NCBI RefSeq assembly: GCF_902713615.1
Contig: NC_052174.1
Span: 12,022,514 to 12,086,513, forward strand
From: Scyliorhinus canicula
Taxonomy: Eukaryota
Direction: 5' to 3'
DNA length: 64,000 nucleotides
Numbering within the stretch: the stretch's first letter is position 1; each line of letters opens with the position of its first letter. The notes under the pieces were generated by a model. That model searched no databases, was not told the origin of the DNA, and worked only from the letters and a program-made list of their open reading frames with translations. This document shows positions 46,901 through 57,400 of the stretch, in pieces. A program made the position numbers and the translations under genes.

Positions 46901-49900
46901 TTCTGTAATATTCTCGCGTGCTTGCTCTCTCGTGCTTTCTGTGTCCTGTAATATTCTCCCGTGATTGCTCTCTCGTGCGCTCTCTGATGCGTTCTGTAAT
47001 ATTCTCCCGTGCTTGCTCTCTCGTGCGCTCTCTGATGCGTTCTGTAATATTTTCCCGTGCTCGCTCTCTCGTGCTTTCTGTGTTCTGTAATATTCTCGCA
47101 TGTTCGGCTCTATCTGTTCGTCTCTCCCGTCCGCTCTCTGATGTGTTCTGTAATATTCTCCCGTGCTTGCTCTCTCGTGCGCTCTCTGATGCGTTCTGTA
47201 ATATTCTCCCGTGCTTGCTCTCTCGTGCTTTCTGTGTTCTGTAATATTCTCCCGTGCTCGCTCTCTCGTGCGCTCTCTGATGTGTTCTGTAATATTCTCG
47301 CATGTTCGTCTCTATCTGTTCGTCTCTCCCGTCCGCTCTCTGATGTGTTCTATTATATTCTCGTGTGCTCGCTCTCTCGTGCGCTCTCTGATGTGTTCTG
47401 TAATATTCTCCCGTGCTCGCTCTCGCGTGCGCTCTCTGATGTGTTCTGTACTATTCTCGCGTTTTGCCTCTCTCGTCCGCTCCCTGATGTGCTTGCCATG
47501 TAATCACGTTTCCCCCCCATCTCTCCTCCTCTCCAGGTAAAGATAAAAAGAAGTCTCTGCTGGACGGGGCAATACTGAAACTGAAGCCAAGGACCACGCA
47601 CGAGCTCTCCGTCGAGCAACAGCTCTATTACAAGGAGATCACCGAGGCTTGCGTCGGATCCTGCGAGGCCAAGAGAGCAGTAAGATCTTTTCAAAACGGA
47701 AAAAAAACCTTTGTGTCTTACAGAGAAGTCTCTTCTGTTAGCCATAATCTCAAGGGTGACCGCTTTCCTCATTACCTCTCACAGGAGGCTCTTCAAAGCA
47801 TTGCCACTGACCCGGGCTTGTACCAGATGCTGCCCAGATTCAGCACTTTCATATCTGAAGGGGTAAGACGCGTAACATTAGCTCTCGATCATGCACTTGC
47901 ATGCTTTCTGTCTTTCCGCCTCTCGCTCGTCATTTGCTCGCCCCCTTCCCTGCCGGGACTCGTCCCTTAGAATCCCTACAGTGCAGAAGGAGGCCCATCG
48001 AGTCTGCACTGACCCTCCAAAAGAGCACCGTACCTCGGCCCACTCCCCCCCCCCCCCCCGTCCTATCCCCATAATCCCACATCTTTGGCCTGTGGGAGGA
48101 AACCGGAGCTCCCGGAGGAAACCCGCGCAAACGCGAGGAGAGTAGGGCAGCATGGTGGCACAGTGGTTAGCACTGCTGCCTCGCAGGGCTGAGGACCCGG
48201 GGTTCGATCCCCGCCCCGGGGTCACTGTCTGTGTGGGGTTTGCACATTCTCCCCGTGCCTGTGTGGGTCTCACCCCCACAAACCCAAAAAGATGCGCAGG
48301 ATCGGCCGCGCTAAATTGCCTTTTAATTGGAAAACAAATGAATTGGGTACTCTAAATTTAAAAAAAAAGACACGGGGCAAGCGTGCGTACTCCACACCAG
48401 ACAGATGCCCAATGCCGGAATCTAACCCGGGTCCCTGGCGCTGTGAGACAGTTGCGTCGAGTGCCGTCCCCGCACCTCGCGGCCTTCTCTCTGTCAAATT
48501 GCCCAGTGCAACTTGTAACCTACGTTTTCCTGAGAAGGGTGCCCTGACGGAGCTCTTTAATATTATGCAATGGTTTGATGGGGTCGATGTAGAGAATATG
48601 TCTGCGCTTGTGTGTGGGGCCATCGACAGAAGGCAGCAATTAACAAATCACAAGTCATGAGGTGTAGAACCGATCACGGGGAATGGTTGAGAATAGCATT
48701 GAGGCATTGTAGTTGCTGGCTGGAATCACCCAGAGTATTTCCCTGTTTGTGTTCCCTCAGGTGCGTGTCAACGTGGTACAGAATAACCTGGCTCTGCTGA
48801 TTTACCTGATGCGGATGGTGAAAGCATTGATGGACAACCCTACGCTCTACCTGGAAAAATACGTGAGTGCTGCCTGGAGTGGAACTTGGGCAAGCGCAAA
48901 TTGCATTTTGCAATACCAAGGGGCTGGTTTAGCACAGTGAGCTAAACAGCTGGCTTGTCATGCAGAACAATGCCAGCAGCGCGGGTTCGATTCCCGTACC
49001 AGCCTCCCCGAACAGGCGCCGGAATGTGGCGACCGGAGGCTTTTCACAGTAACTTCATTGAAGCCTACTCGTGACAATAAGCGATTATTGTTATTTATAC
49101 ATCACCTGTCGCATAGCAACATATTTCTCAGGAACGGTTAGCAAGAAGCGTTTGACGCTGACCTGAGGAGCAGATGTTAGGGGCAGGTGACCAAAAGGTC
49201 CGTCCACGACAGAAGATTTAACGGGTGTCGTTAGAGCAATGCAGAGAGTGATGAATGTAGGAATTTCAAGATGGGTTAACGGTCAGGGTTGGAGTCAGTG
49301 TGTGACTGCTGCAGTAATGGTTTTAAAAACCCTGATTTGAGAGACAGCCAGGTGCAATTAAAACATTGTAAAAGTGAAATCATCATTCATTCCAACCACG
49401 TATACCTGAAGTTGGGCTAATGGAATTTTGTTTATATAAAGAAGATTCCCTGGGGTGTTGATAATTGGAGACATTAGTGTTTATCTTTAGTAAGATGATG
49501 CAGTTAGTGGGAGGAGCCAGAGACTGAAGCCGTCAAGTGTTGAGTTTCAGTTCAGTTTTAATTGGGGATGTGAAACAGCTTTTCGCCAAATGCTGGGAAG
49601 TGTAAAAACAGTAGTTTGACACAGGCATGAAACTGCAAGCAGATTCCTTAAGGATCACTCTCTCGATGTGGTTTATCCAAGGCATCTCTGTACAGCCAGT
49701 ATTCTTGGGTTGGCTAACTGTATTTAAAAGTGGATTTTGACCAGAGGTGGGTTTTGCTGGAGTGGAGATAAAATATAACAGTTGGGCGTTAGTGTTTCAT
49801 TTTCATTGTTAAGCACTGCGTAGTGGGTAATTGTAAGCTGTTTTCTTCTATGATAAAGTTAGCAATAAAGTTTGTTTTCATAGAATTTACAGTGCAGAAG

Positions 49901-51393
49901 GAGGCCATTCGGCCCATCGAGACTGCACCCGCTCTGGGAAAGAGCACCCGACCCAACCGTACACCTCCACCCTATTCCCGTAACCCAGCAACCCCACCCA
50001 ACACTAAGGGCAATTTTGATCACTAAGGGGCAATTTATCATGTCCAGTCCACCTAACCTGCACATCTTTGGACTGTGGGAGGAAGCCGGAGCACCCGGAG
50101 GAAACCCACGCACACACGGGGAGGACGTGCAGACTCCGCACAGACAGTGACCCAAGCCGGGAATCGATCCTGGGACCCTGGAGCTGTGAAGCAATTGTGC
50201 TATCCACAATGCTACCGTGCTGCCCTTTTAATGCACCATATCCCTACGCCTCTCAGTCTTACAGATTAAATACAATATTGGGGTTTCTGTACAGTATCCA
50301 AAGTTCTGGGATAGAATTCCAGAGCTTAGAGCCCAGAGAGTTGGAAGCCATAGCTGTTAATGGGGGAGTGATTAAAATCATGTCCATGCAAAAGGCCAGA
50401 ATCAGAATCAGAATTGGAGGGTTGTAGGCCTGGAGGAGGTGACAGAGATGTGGAGGGGTGAGACCATTTGTGGGGCTGGGGAGGGGGTAAACGTGAATCG
50501 TTCTCTTTTTCCAGTAAGCGTTGCCTTGGAATAGTCGCCAATCTCTCTGTTCCCCTTGCTCCGCAGCTGCACGAACTGATCCCCGCGGTGGTGACGTGCA
50601 TCGTGAGCCGGCAGCTCTGCCTCCGCCCGGACGTGGACAACCACTGGGCCCTGCGCGACTTTGCCGCCCGCCTCATGGCGCAGATCTGCAAGAACTTCAG
50701 CACCACAACCAACAACATCCAGTCCCGCATCACCAAAACCTTCACCAAGGTAAGGGATCAAGGCCCTGCGGCCGCCGTCTTCACCTCTTCCCCTTAACCC
50801 CCCCCCCATATTGACCTTGAATGGTCAGTTGTGACCTTCGTTCTGACCTGTGACCTCAGGAGGTCGCTTCTGAAGAGGTCAAAGTGAAAGGTGCTCTTGC
50901 TGGCCACCGGAGCACTTGCTGAGCAGGAAGGATCCTCATTTAGTTTGTTTAACCAAATTCCTGTGTGCTGTCACCGATTTTCGATCACATTTGGAGCACA
51001 GACGAGAGGTTTGTTGCTCCACCTCGAGTCTATCGTGCTCTCGTAAGAGGACAAGACTTAAAATTTACCTGCACAGTTCCAGAATTTTTAACGTGTTATT
51101 ACTGAAGACTTGTTTCTCATTTATTTTGGAAAATGTAAGTCTGGAGCATCTTAATTAAACCCTCACCGGCTTCAAGAATTTGCATTTATACGCCCTCCTT
51201 CAATGCAAAACATCCCAAAGTGTTAACAGACAGAACTCTGATACCGCGTCACATGAGCTATTAGGACGGGTGACCGAAAGCTGAGTTAAAGAGGTAGTTT
51301 TTAAGGAGTGTCTTAAGAGGAGGGCGGAGAGGTTTAAGGAGGGAATTCCTGAGCTTAGGGGCCCGGGCAGCTGGAGACTCGGCCACCAATAGT

Positions 51394-51436
<43 letters not shown>

Positions 51437-54400
51437 AAAGGTAATGTGCAAGAGATCACAGGCCAAGGAATACAGAGATCTCGGAGGGTTGTGGGGCTGG
51501 GGGGGGTAATTGCAGAGGTAGGGAGGGGGCAAGACCACGGAGGGGTTTGAAAACGAGGGTGAGGAGTTGAAAATCCAGGTGAAGCCGGATCGAGGTGTTG
51601 CGAGGACAGTGGATGAAGCGTTAACGGGGCGTGTTTTGGGGTTTGAATACAGGGCTGCACAGCTTTGAACCAATCCCAAGTTCCTAGAGGGTGCGGGCTG
51701 GCAGTGCGGCCAGGAGAACGCTGGAAGGGTGGACATTTAGAGGCCGCAGTGGCACAGAAGAGGGTTTCAGTGGCAAATAGGGTGAGGCCGCAGCCAATAT
51801 TAGAGTGGTGGAACCAGGCGGTCTTCGATTCCGAGGATGTTGGCTCGATTGCTCAGCTTGAGGTCACAGAGGAGGCTGGGGTGGCAAGCGGTCAGCTTCA
51901 GCCCCCAATAGTGGCCAGGGAGGGAGAGAATCGGTGGCTAGGGTTACGGAGCTTGTGACGGGTACTAAAGGCAATGTCTTCCCTCTTCCTGAGGCTAAAA
52001 CAGAGAAAGCTTTAGTGCAGCCCTGGATGTTAGAGCAGAATGCCAGAGGTAGTAGTGGTGAGTTAGAGCTGGTTCATCCGCGTCCATTTGGGTCCTCTCC
52101 GGTCTTGAAGCTCATCTTAATGTCCCGCCATTGACCCAGATCAGATTTGGCATGACTCAGACCTTTAAAACGTATGGCCTGATTTTGATAGACTTTACCC
52201 CGTCCTGTCCTCCGCTGAGCTAGATTATTGTTGACCAAATCTCCAGGGCTACTTCAGCAGCTCAATGCATTCAGCTCTCTCTCGCGATGTATAATTAGGC
52301 CTCGCTCTTTGTTACAATTTCAGAGTTGGTTGGACGACAAGACTCCCTGGACGACAAGGTACGGCTGCATCGCAGGATTGGCTGAGTTAGGCCACGATGT
52401 GAGTGTCCCTTGAAAGTATTTAATGTACCTTCCCGGAGCGATGTTGATGCAGAGCCTGGGGAGCATAATTCTTTTTGACAGCAGAACCCCGACGCGTAGG
52501 CCGGTACAGATTTATATCTGCAACCAGCGGCCCTCTAGTCTCCTCAAAGTTTCGTTGTCTCCACGAAGCACCTCACTCCTAAAGCGGCTTCGCTGTGTGA
52601 GACGCTTTAATAAATTTGGAACAGGTAACATGCTCAAAGTGTCAGTCGGTTTTTGCATTCCCTTTTTGCAAACCTGAAGTTATTTTAGTTTTTTATCTCC
52701 TCCCCTCTGTCCCATTCGATATAAAACATAAGGACTAGGGGCAGGAGTCGGCCATCTTTTGGGGAGAATGCTGGGAGGTGGAGTTAAAATGCCCATCAGC
52801 CATGATTGAATGGCGGAGTGGACTCGATGGGCCGAATGGCCTTACTTCCACTCCTATGTCTTATGGTCTTATCTGGCCCCTCGAGCCTGCTCCGCCATTC
52901 AATGAGATCATGGCTGATCTTTTGTGGACTCAGCTCCACTTTCCGGCCCGAACACCATAACCCTTAATCCCTTTATTCTTCAAAAAGCTATCTATCTTTA
53001 CCTTAAAAACATGTAATGAAGGAGCCTCAACTGCTTCACTGGGCAAGGGTATCCATATATTCACAACCCTTTGGGTGAAAAAGTTCCTCCTAAACTCAGT
53101 CCTAAATCTACTTCCCCTTATTTTGAGGCTATGCCCCCTAGTTCTGCTTTCACCCGCCAGTGGAAACAACCTGCCCGCATCTATCCTATCTATTCCCTTC
53201 ATAATTTTAAATGTTTCTATAAGATACCCCTGCATCCTTCTAAATTCCAATGAGTACAGTCCCAGTCTACTCAACCTCTCCTCGTAATCCAACCCCCTCA
53301 ACTCTGGGAATAACCTAGTGAATCTCCTCTGCACAGCCTCCAGCGCCAGTACGTCCTTTCTCGGGTAAGGAGACCAAAATTGAACACAATACTCCAGGTG
53401 TGGCCTCACTAACACCTTATACAATTGCAGCATAACCTCCCTAGTCTTAAACTCCATCCCTCTAGCAATTTAAGACAAATTCCATTTGCCTTCTTAATCA
53501 CCTGTTGCACCTGTAAACCAACTTCCTGTGACTCATGCACTAGCACACCCAGGTCTCTCTGCACAGCAGCATGTTTCAATATTTTATCATTTAAATAATA
53601 ATCCCTTTTGCTGTTATTCCCACCAAAATGGATATCCTCACATTTGTCAACATTGTATTCCATCTGCCAGACCCTAGCTCATTCACTTAACCTATCCAAA
53701 TCCCTCTGCAGACTTCTGGTCATAATGGGTCTGAAATGTCATTCGTTCCCCATTCATGGGATGTGGGCGCCACTGGCAACGCCAGTATTGCTTTCTCTGT
53801 TACCTAATTGCCACTTGAGAAGGTGGTGGGTTAGCCGCTGCAGTCCCTGTAGTGTAGGTACATCCCCAGTGCTGTTAGGGAGGCTGTTCCAGGATTTTGA
53901 TCCAGAGACAGTGAAGCAATGGCCGATTATATTTCCAAGTCTCTCAGATATTCATAGAATTTACAGTGCAGAAGGAGGCCATTCGGCCCATCGAGTCTGC
54001 ACCGGCTCTTGGAAAGAGCACCCTACCCAAGCCCGCACCCCCACCCTATCCCCATAACCCAGTAACCCCACCCAACACTAAGGGCAATTTTGGACACTAA
54101 GGGCAATTTATCACGGCCAATCCACCCTAACCTGCACATCTTTGGGCTGTGGGAGGAAACCGGAGCACTCGGACCCACGCACACACGGGACGAACGTGCA
54201 GATTCCGCAGAGTGACCCGAGCTGGGAATCGAAACTGGGCGACGGGGCCCCTGGGGGGCGAGGAGGGAGCTCGCAGACGAGGGGTGGCGCGTCTGCTGCC
54301 CTCGTCCTCCTTGGCGGTGGGGGGGGAGGGGGGGGGGCTTGACGAGTTGCCGAAGTGCGTGTTGCAGTTGGTGCGCGTAGTACAAACCGCAGAGAGTCTG

Positions 54401-57400
54401 TCCGTGCACAGAGCTCACATTAACCAAGTCCCATTGATCGACAGGTGATCAAGACTCTGATTATTCAGAGGCTGCAGATAGAAGGAGAACGAATCCGAAC
54501 TGTGCTGGATGGCCCTGTCGTCAGTAACATCGACAAGATTGGAGCAGATCACGTGCAGAGTTTACTGCTGGTAGGTGACCTGTGGAATAAATTACAGAGC
54601 TTGACTTTAACCCGGGGTGGGGGGTGGGGGGCTTTATGTGACATGGTGAGGAGATGGGTGCAAAATGTTCAAATTCATCAGGCTCCATCAAATCTTGTAG
54701 TACTGAAGGAGGCCATTTGACCCATCGACCTGGTGATGACTCTTTGAAAGGAGCAGTCAGATTTCCCCATAGCCCTGAATTCACTTCTTTTTGACATATT
54801 TGCCCAATTCCCTTTTGAAAGTGCCGATTGAATCTGCTTCCCACGGTGCCTTCCAGGCCGCTCCCTAGAATAAATTTTCCTCCATCTCCTCTCTGCCTCT
54901 TTTGCTGGTGTTTTTCAGTCTGTGGCCCCCCCGCCGGCTACTGACCTTCCTGTCCTTTCACTGGAAACCGTTTCAAACCAAATCGAAACGCCTCGATTAA
55001 ACCTCCCCTTAACCCGTCTCTGCCCCGAGGAGAACAGTCCCAGCTTCTCCCGTCTGTCTCTCTCGGTGACTGATGTCCCTCTTCACCAGTCGGGTCCAGT
55101 TCCTCTTGGCACCTTCTCCACGGCCTTGACCAGGCTCCTGGTGGCCAGAACGGGCCACAGTCGCCCCCCTGAGGGATGATTCCGAAAAGAGCTTAAGGTT
55201 AAGAAGATCGAATATTTCGGCCCGGTTACACCCCGTGCCAACACTTTGCAAGGACTGTTCCCCCCCCCCCCCCTCCGCCTTCTCGTCTCCGCAGCCGTGC
55301 AAGTATTTCCTTTCCCACGTGAACACCATTCCCTTTTTGAACCGTGCTTTTGGAGCTCCCTCGGCCACCCTTTAAGGTTTCATCCCGTTTGATTTGTTTT
55401 TGCTCCTCCAGAAACATTGTGCGCCGGTGGTGGCGAAGATCCGCTCCATTCCCGACAATCAGGAGTGCTACAAGACAGACTATGGGTACCTGGGGCCCAT
55501 GCTGTGTACCCATGTGGTGAAAGCCCGCGCGCAGGCTGCCATGCAGGCCCAGCAGGTGAACAGGACCACGCTGACCATCACGCAGGTGAGAAAGTGCAGC
55601 AACCGTGCCTTGCATTTAGCCAGCGCCTTCTGACATCAAGAAGAAAATGTTCCCCGAGCCGCCAGGCAGGCTGCCTGGCCTTGGAGGAAGGACAGCTTTC
55701 GCTTCTCTGCTTCTTTTCCTAACCATGGGCTCTTTTCAAAGTGCTGCAGAGCCATTGAGATGCTTTCTTGAAGTGTGCTCCGTGTACTTCCCACTGGGGC
55801 CCAGTGGGTGGCGCACACGCTCCTCTTGAGCCCGAAGGTTTCTGGGTTCAAGCCTCGTCCCAGACACTTGAGCACCCCCGGTGCAGTACTGAGGGCGCGT
55901 GCTCAGTTGAGACAGTAAACCGAGGCGCCATCTACCTGTTCGGGCAGGTGTGGAATATCCCTTGGCGCCACTTCGCAGGGGAGCTCTCCCGGCGACCTGG
56001 CCGATACTTGTCCCTCAAATCAAAATCGCAAAAAAAAAAATAAAACCCCAGATGATCTGGGTCACTATTGCATTGCTGTTTGTGGGAGCTTGCTGTGCAC
56101 AAAATGGCGGCCACTTTCTTGCAACAGTGACTGCATTTCAGAGCGTACTTCATTGGCTGTGAAAGCTTGAGATGGGGTGGCGCGGTGGGTTAGCCCTGCT
56201 GCCTCACGGGCGCCGAGGTCCCAGGTTCGAATCCCGGCTCTGGGTCACTGTCCGTGTGGAGTTTGCACATTCTCCCCGTGTCTGCGTGGGTTTCGCCCCC
56301 ACGACCCAAAGAGGTGTAGGTGGATTGGCCAGGCTAAATTGCCCCTTAATTGGAAAAAATGAATTGGGTACTCTAAATTTATTTTTAAAAAGTGAAAGCT
56401 TGAGATGTCCGATGTTTGTGAAAAGCGCTGTCTCAATGCAGGCTGTCTTGGTAATGGGAGATAAAGAACGACATTGGGGGAGGGGGGGTGGGGGGGGGAG
56501 AGATGGTGACATAACGGTCATGTCGCTGGACTAATAATCCAGAGGACCGCCTAATGCTCTGTAGATCAGCGTTTGAATCTGCTGTCCTTACCCAGTCTGG
56601 CCTACCTGGTGATTCGCGATCCACAGCCATGTGTGGTTCACTCTGAACTGGCCCAGCCAGCCATTCAGTTCGATGTAAACTAGGGACGGACAACAAAGGG
56701 CTGGTTTAGCTCACTCAGCTAAATCGCTGGCTTTTCAAGCTGGCCAGCAGCACGGTTCGATTCCCGTACCAGCCTCCCCAAACAGGCGCCGGAATGTGGT
56801 GACTCGGGGCTTTTCCACAGTAACTTCATTTGAAGCCTACTCGTGGCAATAAGCGATTTTCATTTTCATTTCATTTCATTTTCAAATGCTTGCCATGCCG
56901 TGGATGCCCACGCCCCGTGAAAGAATATTTAAATACAATCTCCTTTCTGTTGTAATTGTTTGCACGTGGGCTTTGCTTAGCGAAGCCATTAAAAGGGGGG
57001 AAAGGCTGAACACTTTTGGGAGCTCCGCGAGCCAGTGTTTTCAAGGAGAGGAGAGCAGCCACTAGTATCCGTGCTGTTGTTGTTGACTTGCAGCCTCGCC
57101 CCACGTTGACGATATCGCAGTCTCCGCAGACGTCGCGGGCGCCCAGCATCATCAAGGTGCCCAGCTCCATCACGTTGCCCATGCAGACGCTGGTCACTGC
57201 CCGCCCCTCGACCCCAACCCAGCCGTCCTCACCTGCGACCAAATTCATCATGATGTCCTCGCCATCCGGCTCGTCCACCACTCAGCAGGTAAGATTGTGA
57301 AGCTGTTTGTGGAGGAGATGTTACCCATGCGCTTGGAGACCAGAGCTTGGCGGGGGGGACCATAAATATAAAATGTTCACTAATGAATGCGATGGGGGAA

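Noticed and set aside
43800-47490. CRISPR-like pattern (constant repeat plus variable spacers)
   Set aside because: The spacers are only three recurring types, not unique. There are no cas genes, and the array lies in a vertebrate intron. It is a satellite.
54410-54444. Pyrimidine-poor TAF6 acceptor suggesting a U12-type intron
   Set aside because: The upstream donor is GTGAGT (U2 type), not RTATCCTT.
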